A stretch of 60,796 nt of DNA, the filler included, from Sluysia triapertura (Eukaryota): the NCBI GenBank assembly GCA_046118255.1. It is 5 parts of 5 records of this genome, joined end to end, with 100 filler letters (N's around TTAATTAATTAA, not from the genome) between each part and the next. Parts side by side here need not be neighbours in the genome. Positions count along the whole stretch, not along the records: positions 11,058 to 22,574 come from JBJNIA010183879.1; positions 22,675 to 34,555 come from JBJNIA010161374.1; 3 more parts are not named here. One strand, given 5' to 3'. Shown piece after piece: positions 12,574 through 26,290 of this stretch; within the stretch, counting starts at the first letter, position 1, and each line of letters opens with the position of its first letter. A program made the translations under genes and the position numbers. Under the pieces are notes generated by a model. It did no database searches. It was not told the origin of the DNA and was given only the letters and a program-made list of their open reading frames with translations.

Positions 12574-13747
12574 ACGAAAAACTCGATGTGGTACCATTGA
12601 TTATTTACCACCGGAAATAGTTCGGCATCAGTATTACGACGAAAAAGTGGACTACTGGTGTGTTGGTATTTTACTGTACGAAATGTTGTGTGGTCGACCA
12701 CCATTCGAGGCTGAATCCGAGGATTTAACTCTGGAATATATTCGAAATATGAAGTATAGATTCACATTGTTCCATAAAGATAGTGCTCGAGATTTAATTC
12801 GGAAAGTAAATATTTTGTTTGTTTTAAAGTTGTTCGAATTCACATAATTGTGAAACCTTAAATTTTTACTGTTCTTTTGATTATAAATACGAAATACCAA
12901 AATAAAAAATTCAAAATTTTTCAAGTAAACTGCATTTTAAAATTATTTAATGGGTTTTACTAAATATCTCGAGCAAAATGAATTTTAGTCTTTAATACAA
13001 CTTTTATTCAATCTTTTGGTTCGTTTTAAAAATGTGCACTTTCTCCCATCTTCTAACATATTCGTACTACATTTTATAGGTTCTTTGAGAAATTTGACAC
13101 ACGCACACAAAGTAATGGCTTAGGTTGACCTTTGGATTTTCATTTTTATGTAATTGGTACATTTTGTTTTTCTTAATTAATAATATAATAATGGGTGGCC
13201 AGGCTCCTTTACTGTCCGAACCGTTTTACAAAATTTGAAATTTTTCGCGAGCTGCAATTAAATACGCATTAAAAAAGTGTGCAATAATGGTATTAAAAAG
13301 TTTTTTTTCCATGAGTCATATCATTCTTAACTTGGACACAAATGGCATTTGTTCCAACGTTGCACTTAGTCTTTCATATATGTTAGTAATTTAAGACATT
13401 TTGAAACACATATAGAACGATAATAATTTTGTAAAATATAATGAAAAATGAAAACGGAACTCGGGTACATTTATCGAGAGCCATAAATAATTCTTCAAAG
13501 AGCCGTGTTTTGGACATCCCTGACATATGGAATCAAATAAAGTAAAGATAAATAAAAATGATTTCTTGAAAGTTTAAAAATAAAAGGGTTTCTTGAACAT
13601 TTCTTTGAATTCAATATTTAGATTCTCCAAGCATCACCTGCAGATAGGCTGAGTTTGGTGGGAATCAAGAAACATCCATGGACTGTCAATTCTTTGAAAA
13701 AGAAGGATCAAAATGAAGTGTCTATGGATAAATTGAAGAAGAAATAA
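12574..13747 (+). CDS. Aurora kinase, last two coding exons (12574-12805, 13622-13747)
   Basis: ttgcag|[48 protein letters not shown]..SARDLIRK|gtaaat ... tttag|[27 protein letters not shown]. Matches Aurora CGTLDYLPPEM/DEKVD/GKPPFE/ARDLI/HPW and the C-terminal RxxL D-box. Splice phases are consistent. Confidence 0.92.
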
Positions 13748-15899
13748 ATGTTGATAAAATTGTTCAATCATAAGATCAATATCGCTTAAAGTAATACATT
13801 TTATTATGAATATATTTATAAAGATAATTTTTTAGTTTGTAAATATATTTCGAACTATTTTCATATCTCCAATTATCTATCTGATTTAATTATTTAATTT
13901 CGTAAAATGTTTAAATTGAAACAAATTTGTCAAAGTATTATGTTGAAATAAATTTCAAATATATTTTGAGAAAAATGAAATAGAAATTTATACAGAATGC
14001 ACAAGTTATAATGCCAAATCATTGGAAGATTATGAAGTATTTAAAAGAGACTTCTTTCTACTCTATATATATGTAATATTTCTAGAAAACTTAATTGTGA
14101 ATAAGAATATCGAAAGATTTGAAAACTCCACATTTAAACTGTTGCAGGTTTTTTGAGTTTATATTTGTTAGATGTTCTTCAGTAAGACTAAATTCTATTT
14201 AAATATTAATTTACATCTGCATAGTCGTTGATTATTATTTGATAACTATTTTTGAAGGATAATTGCAGCAAATGAACAATTTAGAGTCAGGAAATTTAAC
14301 TATATCATGCATTTTTAATCAATGTTTAAACATAATGCTCAACAATATTAATTACTGATAATCACTTTAACATTCGAAATTTAAACTTAATTCTTGAGAT
14401 CATAATGTTTTTATATAAAATAGCTAATTTAAATTGAAATTGCATAGGGGTAATATAAATTCAAAATTTAGAAACAAAGAACTATCATTTTAAATCGAAA
14501 TTGTGTAAGTAATCATTTTAAAGTGAGATTATATAAAGACAAGCTTTACTAACACAGTTAATAAAATCATTTTAAAATAGAATTCAATAAAAAAAAATAT
14601 TAAATTAAATTTTAAGAGCTTACTATCCTACCAAGAAAACCATGGAAACATGTTTAGAATATGTTAAAGTAAAATCATATTAAATTAGGATTGAATAGAA
14701 ATAGTATGTAATAGGTAATTAAAATTTAAAAGTAATATGATCGATAAAAATTACCCACATAAAAAAGACCACATAAAATGAACATATAAAGTAAATTTAA
14801 AAACACGTTTAAAGCCTAAAAGCTAATAATAATAATAATGGCAAAAAATAATAACAATCAGTAAATTAGTGATTGCTGAATATGTGAGACTATAAATTTG
14901 CCAGTTTTATGACTTATTGAATTAATCATTTGTATAAATTTACTATTATAAAGCAATTATAATTAGTAACGATCAAACTAATCATTTTATATGATAAATT
15001 AAATTAATCACTTGCTATTATAAACTGATTATTGTATTAATCTTGCTATTGTCATTCAACCAAAAAGCTACAAATACTAACCAAAATAGAAGAAAACAAC
15101 AACAAAAGTATTGAAATAATTTGTATCCAAATAAATCTTTAATTGGTGTCAAAATAATTTGGTATTTTGTATCGAGATAATTCAGCGACTCATATCGAGA
15201 CAATTTCATAATTTGCATCGAGATAATTTATATCAAGATAGTTACAGAAATAATTTAATAAATTGATTTATCTATAAATCATGAAGTAATTTTTAACTTT
15301 TAGTTTGTCAGTTTTAAAGTAAAATCCAATATTAAATTAACAAATTTTATGCTATTAAAACTGTATTTATTGAGTAAACATAAGTATGTGTTTTAATTGT
15401 ATTATAAATAGTTTTGTGAATAGTTTTTGTAATTGAACCAGGAGGGCTTGAAAATAGAATAACTCCAGAAGATTGAATTGAAATTAAGTCTTAAATTTTT
15501 TATAAAGTGAATTAAAGTCTTGTGAAATAAAGTTTTATAAATTAAATATAACCAAATAAAAGGTGAAATTTAAATACATAAAATTTGTGAGATTTAAAAG
15601 GATAAGTTGTTTGTTAAGCACTTCCGTCTCGAACAACTGAGACATTTGAGATTTCATAGCTTCGTTTTCGAAAAAGTAATATATTAATAAAGAGCAAAGA
15701 TATTACTTGCAAAATAAATTAGTAAATGTTTACATCAGTAATAATAATTTAACCTGTCGAATATTGGTTCACACTTCCCAAATAAAGTTTTGGTAAATAT
15801 GTTGGTTTGTCCAGTAATGAATAGAAAATAGGTTGAAAGGTAAAATAATTTAAAATATATAAGAAAAAGTGATATAAAATATCTGAAATATGATAATAT

Positions 15900-16335
15900 A
15901 GATATAATTAAATATTTCTAGAGCAAGAAATATTTATAATCATTAAGAACACCCTGGAGTAACATATTGAGATGTCTTGAAATATTATGAAGATACCCTT
16001 GAACTTAGAATCTTGGGATCATGTGAGACCTTGTTGATCTTTGTAAAATGTTTGGAATCTTTGAAATATACACGAAATAAAAGCATAGTTAATAATATTA
16101 AAGATAAACTCGATAAATAATTAAAATAAAAAGTAGAAAAAGGAATCCGAGTGGTGAAGGTGAAAACATCTACAGCCTCCTTAGTACCTGATAAAGTATT
16201 TAACCATAATAAAACCTTTAAACTTAGAATAAAATAAGTTTAAATAAATAAATAAATAATTAAAATCTTAATTAACTTAAATTAAGAAAAATTACGTTTG
16301 TGTGAAAAAGTTTTGAATGAGGAATGCTGGTTACA
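15900..16335 (-). repeat. Dispersed repeat homologous to 34656-35100 (probably LTR-element derived)
   Basis: Reverse complement ggaggctgtagatgttttcaccttcaccactcggattccttttcta matches gggggctctagatgttttcaccgttacctctctgattcccttttcta at ~34780-34830; cttaatt(t)aagttaattaagattt is also shared. Confidence 0.7.
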
Positions 16336-17568
16336 ATTGCAATTGTGTAGGTATGTGTTTTAAAGAGATCTTCCGATGAATATAAGGTTTGACAGAGTTC
16401 ATGCGAGGATAGCCGAAACAAAGTCGAGTTTTAATTTTTTTAATTTAAAAATGGTGAAAGTTCCATATTTAGAATGATGAAGAGATGATGAATTGGGTAT
16501 GGAGTGATTGCTACGAAATGTGAGAATCCTAAAATGAGGTTGAAATGTATATGAAAATGCTTGTTTTGGAATGAGAACCTTAAACATTTTCCATTAAAAA
16601 TTGAGTGTGAGGAATTGAAAATTAATTAAACTGTAAAAACTATAGTTAAATTCATTATTTTTAAGTACGTCAATAATAATTATTATTATTATTATTTTAA
16701 CGTAAGAAGTGATTCATGAAAAAATAGATCGAGTAGAGTAAAAGAAAAATAAGAGTTGATTCTTAATCGAATTGTTTTGTTTTGCTTGACAGGTCATTGT
16801 CGCGTCTTTAAAAATTATTAAATTATTTAAAATAAATATCAATTTACTTAGCTTAAAAAGAATCTCAATTATTTAAGTATTCACTAGATCAAATAAATTT
16901 TTGATAATTCTCTTATTTAATATTAGGAATTATTCACCCCAAAATTAAGCTCTTGGAAAATCAAATCAATAACAACAACACAACATTTTACTGGTTAAAT
17001 AAAAATCAACTACAAATTAGTATTATTATAATTCTCTATTAAGTGTAGTTGAAGTGAGAAATTTGTGGTAAAAGGTCTGTATTTAAAAAGTGTTTGTTAC
17101 AGTAAAATAAAAATGATTTAAGAAAGAAAGACTCTACTAAATTAATTAGAATTAGTTTACAAAACTTTGACTTGGGTCCGTACAAAAAGTTTTGAACTCA
17201 AAATGAAATATAGGCTTAAGGCTAAGAATTAATTCATTAATTGAAAAATATAAGGCAAAATAACAACTTCGTTTATCTATTTCACAATCAATAAAAAAAT
17301 TATAAAAATTGTAAAGTATAAAACATACAAAAAATTACGAACATATGATTGCGAGAAAAACTGCAAGTCTTCAATTACGGCATGTTTTCGTGTATTGAAA
17401 TACACGTATGGATGGAAATATTTAAACTTAATCCAACGTAAAACGTATTCTTGTTGCAGCGAGTAACTACTACGACTGGATAACCTTTTAAAAGACAGGT
17501 TATTTGGTCTTGCGTTTCTATGAAGTACAAGAGGTACAAGAAAATGAATTGGGATAATATCTTTATCC

Positions 17569-17663
17569 AAATATTTAATTTTAAAATATTTGTTACGAAT
17601 AGACGTAAAATACTTAGTTTTAAAATATTCGTTATGAATGGACACAAAATACTTAGTTTTAAA
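17569..17663. repeat. 39-bp tandem repeat, ~2.5 copies
   Basis: aaata(c/t)tta(g/a)ttttaaaatatt(t/c)gtta(c/t)gaat is repeated; gives KTKYF repeats in the minus-strand ORF. Confidence 0.8.
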
Positions 17664-18465
17664 TGTAGTGGCCAACCTTGACAACCACTAAAATTTTATT
17701 AAAAATTAATTTTTTTCCTTTCATCATACTTTAATACTCATTTATTCATTTCTTACATACCTTTTAAAATCAATCTTTATACACAATTCCAAAACACACA
17801 AATCACAATTACACCAAACATTATCAATTCACATTAACTAATCCACCAAAAACATGTACTCGATATTCACAATAAGCCAACAACAAAGATATTCGTAATA
17901 ATCCACTCAATACTTTCGAATCCTTCATTTACACTACACTTTAACAATTAATACTTAATATTTAATAATATTTATTCAATAGTTTATCTGCTTAAACCAA
18001 ATCACAATCACAAACTTATAACACATAAACCACAATTACATTTAACACCATTCGATAACTTCAGCAAATCTACGTGGAACATACAAAATACCTACTTCAC
18101 ATTTTGGAATCAATTTCAACATTTCAAATTCACTATTCATCTATGCATAATCATCAACAATTCAGTACAACAACACCAAAAACATCAAATAAACAAATCA
18201 CACAAAACATTGTATAATAACATCTTAAATATACAAAGAGTTATATTGTAGTTCCCCTTTTAGATTTATCAACAAGCCTTTTATCTACGATCATTCAATA
18301 CATAAATCTTGTTTTCAATTATGTACTTCAATCAATATTTAAGAACTTATTCTAACATTCTCTATTTCATTTTCGACTCAAATCATTTATTATATCTTCA
18401 AGGGTGAATTATACCTATCAATTCTTTCGAAACAAATATTACTCAGAAATCTATTCCAAAATACA
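17664..18465 (+). repeat. TGTAGTGGCCAAC-started CA-rich repeat (probable LTR)
   Basis: Starts TGT and is homologous to 11058-11617; right boundary approximate. Confidence 0.65.
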
Positions 18466-18739
18466 GCTGAAGCTGTATTCATTTTTATATCATTTTAGTA
18501 TCTTAGAAACCATTAAGAAGTTTAGGAAATTCAAATACAGTTTTAAAGAATTCAATTTTATACAGTGAAATAACAACGATAAATCGAGCATAGTGCACCC
18601 TGTTATCGTTGCTATTTCACTGAATTTCATCATTTTTTGTTTAATTTTTTGTTTTTTATGTCGAGAATTAAAGATTAAAGGATAGGAAGATCGTGTTATT
18701 TTTAAAGAAGAGTTATGCGTTATTTTTAATTTTCTTTTT

Positions 18740-18770
<31 letters not shown>

Positions 18771-18867
18771 TAGTTGTTGTTATTATTATTATCAAATTAC
18801 TAAATTACTAAATCGTCAGAAAACATTATAACTCGTCACAATCGCCACCATCGTGTCAACACTGATG

Positions 18868-19062
18868 ATGGCCAATCATCAGCGATCATTGTTTTCATCG
18901 TAATTATTATTGTTTTGTGTGTGTTGAAGTTTGTCCTTTTGGCTGACACCCAATCAGAGCTAATATTGTCTGATTTTCTGCTTGGAAGCTCTGATTGGAT
19001 GACCAACTGAAAAACAAGTAATCAGAATTGTTAAAATCAGAATTTTATGAAAAAGGAAGTGG
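18868..19062 (+). promoter_or_regulatory. Putative promoter: three CCAAT (NF-Y) boxes plus a GGAAGT ETS-like site upstream of the WHD ORF
   Basis: ggccaatca (~18870), cccaatcagagct (~18950) and its inverted copy agctctgattgga (~18987), and aaggaagtgg (~19055), 40-220 nt upstream of ATG 19093. Confidence 0.55.
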
Positions 19063-19092
19063 AGCAAAAAAAATAGACAAAAATAAATAAAA

Positions 19093-19477
19093 ATGCCTTT
19101 TGTGAATTGTTCTATTGAATCTACATTAGTTAGTAACGTTGTTGATCCACTCAATGTTGAAAATAATTTACAACATGTTGTTCAAGCTGCATTATCAGAT
19201 TTCATAAACCAATTATCATGCTTAGCATTAACGGTTAACGAAAGTTTTGGTGAATTAACAGAATTATGTGGTCAAATATTAAACATAGTTGGCGTTTCTT
19301 GAAATAAAAATTGATGTCATATCGAAAGATATTAAAAATTACAAAGTTAATATTTATAAATCAAATACTGTAAATGAAGAGCTAATTGAAAATACTCAAC
19401 GACCATATTGCATCGATGTTTTATTTAATGAATTACAGAACCTACAGAATACACGTATTTCCAGATTTGCTACTTGA
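19093..19477 (+). pseudogene. WAVE/SCAR homology domain protein (NHS/GUK-holder-like), frameshifted at ~19288
   Basis: MPFV..IE....NNLQHVVQAALSDFINQLSCLALTVNESFGEL resembles WHD [32 protein letters not shown]. Continues in the +1 frame (LEIKIDVISKDI..YKSNT..ELIENTQRPYCIDVLF) to TGA at 19477. Confidence 0.7.
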
Positions 19478-20599
19478 GATTGCCGTTTGGAATGTTTACG
19501 TAGTCTTTGTGAAAATATGTTACAATAGTTTACATTCATTATCGAGTTTTGTACATAATAATTTAACTATTCAGGCTTATTTGTTTCATTATCAATTGAA
19601 TTTAAATGATTATTTACAAAAATTTCATTTATTGTCATCACGAATGATTTTAGTAAGTCAACGATCTATATCTCAAGGTTCGTTAGTATCGTCGCACTCA
19701 GAATTGTCTAAATCTACACATGATGATCTTTGGGAAATACTACGTAGTATTGAAGAATACAATATAATCATTGTTCATTGTTTAGTACAAAAACTATATA
19801 AATTATCTCGTGATTGCTATCTATATAGACTGATTTCTAATTTTTAAATTATTAAAACTAAAATGGAACATGATAAACTCGATTTGAACAACTCTCTTCT
19901 TTATTCTATTTACTATTAGGTCTTTTACTTTACATTTGAGTATATAATATTTAAAATCATCTTGAGAAGCTTCCGAAGAATTGTTAGAATAATTTAATAT
20001 GAATGACCGATCTTGTAACATATTATTTGATTCCCCTAATTGACAGATGATAGTTGTTTGTGTAGATAAATTCGATTGAAATACAGTTATATCGAGAATA
20101 CCTTCCTTACTCAACCACTTGTTCATTGCATCACTGACCAAATACAACACATTGGATACTCTATCAAACTTTTAAATTACACGACTTTTCTAATACAATT
20201 GAGTAATTTCGTTTATTTTGAGTAACTAAATTTTTGATTGTTTTTTTGTACTTAACTGCAGCGCTTAGTTATTGTAATTAATTTTAGATACTGAAAAATA
20301 AAATTTATTGGCCTTTCGATAATCACATTTCAGAATGAGACCAATATTAACAGTTATGTTTGCCTGCTGTTATTTGAGCCAGATTAATGACAATATAATA
20401 AATTGTGTGATACTAAAAATGATGGTAGATACAATTATATGATGAAATAATTAATAATAATAAAAATGAATAAAAATAATACTAATAATAATAATAAATG
20501 AAATAAATAATTAATAAAAATGACTTAAATTATAATAAAAATAAACAAAACAAAACAAAAATTCTTAAACACATAAATCTTTTCTTTGCAAAACTATTT

Positions 20600-21010
20600 T
20601 TCTTGACATATTTCCTGTAATATTAATGGATTAATAAAAGGTAATAATGTAATTAAAGATGTTAGAGGAATTGATGAATGAATATAGTTGAGGAAGTTAA
20701 AGAAATTTCATTTTAAGTGCAATGTTTTAAAAATGATATTGAAATGAAATTTTAACGTTTTTCAATGATATAAATGTTGTAAATGTTGAAAGATTGTGAA
20801 CTTGAAATGTTTTGAATTAACTTTTAATTGTACCTTTGATAACTTAAGATGCTGACTATGTTTTTATGTTATGAAATTGTGAATTCAAAATGTTTTAAAG
20901 AATATGTAATTTTAATGAGTCAGAAAAAGTGAAGTGAGAAATGTTAAGAAAGGTGGTATTTAGAAAGTGTTAAAGTGATTTAAATTTTGAATAATAGGTT
21001 GGCCACCACA
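20600..21010 (-). repeat. TGTGGTGGCCAAC-ended repeat (LTR-like)
   Basis: Terminus aggttggccaccaca and TG-rich on the + strand like the other copies; left boundary approximate. Confidence 0.55.
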
Positions 21011-21339
21011 ACAACATTTTAGATACTTTAGTTTTAGCTGGTATAGTCCAAAACTGACAGTTTTCACAAGATCATGCTATCTTAAAAGTTATCTTGCTAA
21101 CCATCATGCTGCCACTATTCAAATTCAAAAATTATCATTAAAGCATCCCAAACTGATTAGTGAGTTTAACATTTTCTAAATCTCTCTCAAATTTATCTTA
21201 TGAAATGAAGTTAAACAAGATTATACGAGACGATTATTTTTTGTAATTATAAAATTGCTTTTGATATTTGTATGGAAAATTAAGGTGAAACTAAATAAAT
21301 TTAGTTATGAAACTTAACTAATTCTGCTGGAATCATTAA

Positions 21340-21730
21340 GTACCAGTATTGTAAACAAAAAGTGGAATGATTTTGAAATTAGTAATGAGAAAGCGATTTA
21401 TAATTCAATCCAGGGTGAATGTATTAAGTCGTAATTCGAGAGAACCGTAATTATGTGTAACTGTTAATGCCAGAAATGAGAAAAAGTAATTTGTATATAG
21501 CTAATTTGATTTTTGTACAGAAAATTTTCAAGTGCTACCTACTTTATTCTACACGTGCTTGTATTGAATAATTGTGCTTATGTGGTTTATCTTAATTCTT
21601 CTGAGTTTTATATGCATAATGAAGCACTGAATGACTATGACCTTAATTATCAAAAAAATAATTCAACAGAAATCGATGATGACGAATACATTAAATCGTG
21701 ATTCTGGAATTATTTCGACAATTATTTCAA
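21340..21730 (+). mobile_element. Possible PIF/Harbinger transposase C-terminal remnant
   Basis: YNSIQG..FERT...ILHVLVLNN...NYF loosely follows FNxxHxxxRxxIERxFG...ACxxLHN...YF; very degenerate. Confidence 0.3.
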
Positions 21731-22574
21731 GTACATTTAAGATATGAAGAAAATTAATTTTAAGTACGTCTTCTTAGTTTTTAAACGACATAGTTTGTTG
21801 TATAATACATTTTCATGTATTTTCTTCCTTCTTGAGTAGTTTGTCCTACAATTCTAATTCATTTATGGTGTCTTTCAATATTAGATAAATTTCTAGTTTT
21901 AACAAAATCGATAAATTACATAACAATTTTTATCTAATTGATTATAAAGACAATAATCTTATAAAGTTTAATAACGACCTAATAAATAAATAAATTTATG
22001 ATATCATATTGTAATTACATAAAGGTAAAGTTTCGTGGTCTTAATGTCACATTTTTATTAAGTTAAGTTGCATGACTAAATACAATAACATAAAACTTAG
22101 TATCATAAATTGTTTGATTGTCCATATGAACCTTTATAACGAAATGAATGCGTGTAATCATGCTATTATCTATCTTAAACATCATCCTTTCGAAACTTTT
22201 ATGCTTATCTTTCAACAAACCTATTATGTATAAATATCATCAAAATTTTCATCATCATCCTAAAGTCGAGACATTGTTACAACATAAACGTTTTAGAAGT
22301 TCAGTTTCCTCTTTTCCTAATTCAATTAAACGACTCCATACGTCAACACCTCAAACGCAATACGAATTGTGTCAACATAAAACCTTAAGCAACCATAAAA
22401 CTACATAATACAGATTAAATGAATTAAATATTTTTCATACGTACGTTTACTTTATTTTTCATATTTAATAATGTTTAATATGAGTCTAAATAAAATTATT
22501 AATTTCGTTATAATTTATAACATAATTATTATATTATCACATTATACATTATTATTCTTATTATTATTATTATT

Positions 22575-22674
22575 NNNNNNNNNNNNNNNNNNNNNNNNNN
22601 NNNNNNNNNNNNNNNNNNTTAATTAATTAANNNNNNNNNNNNNNNNNNNNNNNNNNNNNNNNNNNNNNNNNNNN
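22575..22674. other. Artificial scaffold-joining spacer
   Basis: 44N-TTAATTAATTAA-44N. Confidence 0.97.
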
Positions 22675-22920
22675 AATGAAATATTCATCTTCATTTCCAA
22701 TTTTCGTATTATTTCCAAAAGATATTCAGGACTTCCGTAATGTAAGCATTTATAAATTATTGTCATAATTTTAAATTCTATTCTTACTTTTATTGGCAAT
22801 CAATGTAATTCTTTGAGATAGGGTGTTATATAAGATCTTCTTCCAACTTGGATAATTAGTCTTGCTGCTTGATTAATTATTAATTGTAATTTTCTCACTT
22901 TTCTATCTATAATTAATTTA
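22675..22920 (-). mobile_element. L2/CR1-clade LINE ORF2 C-terminal fragment (same family as 11735-12115)
   Basis: KLQLIINQAARLI...ITPYLKELH*LPIKVRIEFKIMTIIYKCLHYGSPEYLLE. Confidence 0.85.
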
Positions 22921-25829
22921 ATTTTAAATACAGACTTGACAGATGATTTCATCTATAAGTTTTTGTAATTCATCATCATAAACCAAATAAGTTTTTAACC
23001 AAATATTCTTAAATAGAATTGAATTTTTCTCATTCATTCATATTATTCATTTATTATTTATAAGTACATTTTGCTGAAATAAATTAAATTAAATGTGTAA
23101 ATATGTTTAAAATTTATTTTATTAAATTGATTAATTAATTAATTAATTTTAATAGTAATTCAATTAATTATTTTATCAAAAGCAATTTATATACATATTC
23201 TAATACTAACAATGCTAATTGCAATTTAATATTAATGTTTTATTTTCATTATACAATTACTTATTTTTAATTATTTAGAATTGCATTTTTATTTGTTTTT
23301 TTAATGTTTTTTTAATTTACTGCATTAATTGATCAATTATATTTCATTTGTTTTAATATTCGAAATTTATTATACTTCTTAAATGTTTTGTTACTTTAAA
23401 AGCGATAGTTATTTTATAAGAATAAACTTTTGTATTTTTTTTTGTAAATTTAAAAAATAATTAATCAAAAGAAATATTATTTTATAAAATCTAATGTAAA
23501 CGATAATTTTGATCTATTATAATATTGATACTTTAAAATGTAAAAATATTTTGTTTAATTATAAATTATTACTAAATAATTATTCAAATAATTATTATAT
23601 AATTATTCAATAACCTTCAATCTTGAAAATGCACTGACATAAATATTACGATAAGTTGTGAAGCAGCTATGTGATGTATGAATTGGCTATTACATTGTTT
23701 TAGAAACAAATATTGAAATCTGACTAATATTAAAATTGTTTTCTAAAACCATAATGTGGTAGCTCAATATATAACGTCTAATGTCTTATTCAGCAACATC
23801 ACATTAACAACTCATAACAAATTGAACAAAATTCCTAATCTTAATCATCAAAGAGTTCATTATATCTTACAACATTTACAATCAATTAATTCACAATGTT
23901 AATTCATTAAACCATTCAATAATAACGTTTCATTAAACAATTTCATCTTACAGTTCATCCACAAACTTAAGCATTTCATATTTTATAGAATATCAAAATA
24001 TAACTTCATTTCGAAGTTATAAAATAGTTTCATTTTACATTTTCTCATTCATATCAATTGTGAAACATTCTTAACACATTATCCCAATAAAATATGTGGA
24101 GTGTTTTTCTCGAATACTTTATCAATATATACTGCAATATCCTTTTAAATATTTAACTTATCTATTCATTAAGTACCGCTATCTAATGCTTCTTGCTGCA
24201 TTCATCTGAAATGTCAACATTTTACAATAATAATAATAATCATTGTTGTTGTTTATTATTATTGTGTATTATAGCTATTATTCTTAATAAACCAATCAAA
24301 TGTGAAATGGCTATATTGAAGAAGAATTTCTACTTTGATGTCAGTGTGCAAATAAAATAAAATATCGGAGCAAAACAAAAAATTTAAAATGTACAAAAAT
24401 GAATTTCGTGCTAAATAAAAATGGTAGATAAAATGAAATCAAGCGATAATTTAGTTTATTTATGTCGTTCTTTATTCCACCATACTGTAGGAATTAGAAA
24501 GAATTGATTTCAAAATGTACATACGTATTCAAAGATTTAACGTACTAGTGAAAAAATTTTGATAACAGTTATTAGGTGGAAGTGTGATTTATTGATTCCA
24601 GTTGCGATAGAATTTATCTACATAAGTTAGAAGTAATTAGAAAGTCTAATTCGTGTAGAAGTTATGTGAGATATCTTAAAATAATAATCAAAAATTGTCA
24701 ATTTAACACTAAAGATTGCTTTAAAACTTCAATTACACAGAAAAACATTCGGTAATGTAGGTTCTTATCAAATTAATATTTATATACCGAGCGAACATGT
24801 GTGCAATTTTAAAAGAAATCATTCTTCTTTTGATGAGTTAAAAGATGAAATTCAGTAATTTTCGACAAGCTGAAAATATATAATAGTGAAGTAGATGATG
24901 AGGAGAGCATTATAATGCATTGGAAGATCTGGAAGACGTAAAAGCTGAATTGTTGATCAAGCATTGCAATTTATTTAATAATTAATGCTTATTACGATTC
25001 TAATTGTAATTCAACAAATTGTTTACTACAAATTGTGTACTTCATGTTAGTAAATGTTAATTTTAGTAAAAGATATGAAATAAAAGCAACATTAAGTTCT
25101 AGTAGAAGTTGAAATAAATTCTTCTCGACTTTTTATTTATTCAGATGGAAATAAATAAATTAATTAAATTGTAACTCATTAAATGACTTGAAAGACAAAG
25201 AAACGTTTTTGTTAGTTTTTTTGAGATCCCATGTAATTAAAGTTATAAAAATAATATTGAATACACTTAATAAAGTAACGATAAAATGATATTCTTTTTT
25301 GATTGACGAATCTCTACGTCTCACAATTATGAAAAGTGATTTTTATTTATGTCAAGAACATTTTCATAAATTTATTATAGGAATGAAATAATTATCGATT
25401 AATTCATAAGTAACAAAACATTAGACTCCTTTCAAATGTAACTAAATCCAATCGGCTTTAAACCTATCAGCATTAAGACCAATTAACAAATATAATATAA
25501 ATTTTAAGTACACAAAACATAAATATATACATTTTTTTGAATAAAATATATATATTAATTTAATAAAGTTATACTACAAAATATCATTAATAATTAATAT
25601 CAAAAGCAGATGTAAGATTTTGTTGACTGTATCAGAAAATCAACAAATTATTTACAAACTCATTAAGTNNNNNNNNNNNNNNNNNNNNNNNNNNNNNNNN
25701 NNNNNNNNNNNNNNNNNNNNNNNNNNNNNNNNNNNNNNNNNNNNNNNNNNNNNNNNNNNNNNNNNNNNNNNNNNNNNNNNNNNNNNNNNNNNNNNNNNNN
25801 NNNNNNNNGTTTAATTTATAAAAATTAAG

Positions 25830-26290
25830 TATCAAATTGAAGGTAATGATATATGTGTGAAAAAGTTTTATTATGGCTGTTTCACAAGCATCTATTTTTA
25901 TCGAATAATTGGAAAAGCGAAGAACTTGAATACAAGTTGATTCATAACTATTTTCCATGATAAACAATGAATTAATTCTAAACTGATGCGCTTTCGATGG
26001 AATACATTGTTTGAACGACAAATGGCCATTCCAAAGAACTAAGCTTAAGTCTTCTTGAGGAACAATAAGTGAACTGAATTTTTTTTCTCAGTAAATTCAT
26101 AGCATCTTTTATCTTGATGAGCTTGCCGTTTGTCTTTTCTGTACAATTAGTGAAATGAAGACTTGCGATTTCTTGAGAATATGTGGATGAAAAATGATGC
26201 TGGCAGTACTGTATCGGTTGACCAATATTCACTTTTCTTCATCGTATTGATTCATATTGAGTACTCGTATTGAAACAACTTATTTTCACT
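25830..26290 (-). mobile_element. piggyBac (PGBD4-like) transposase remnant
   Basis: EYWSTD..IFSR / LHFTN..KLIKIKDAMNLL / LVLWNGHLSFKQCIPSKAHQF across frameshifts resembles piggyBac YWST..MSRNRF..LHF..WKGRLSFKQYIPSKRHRFG. Confidence 0.8.

Noticed and set aside
19300-19480. Alternative genetic code or TGA read-through to rescue the WHD ORF
   Set aside because: Aurora, LTA4H, PAK and HERC2 exons translate cleanly with the standard code, and the main lesion is a frameshift.
22676-22747. Possible upstream LTA4H exon ending in gtaagc
   Set aside because: The opposite strand is clearly L2 LINE ORF2.
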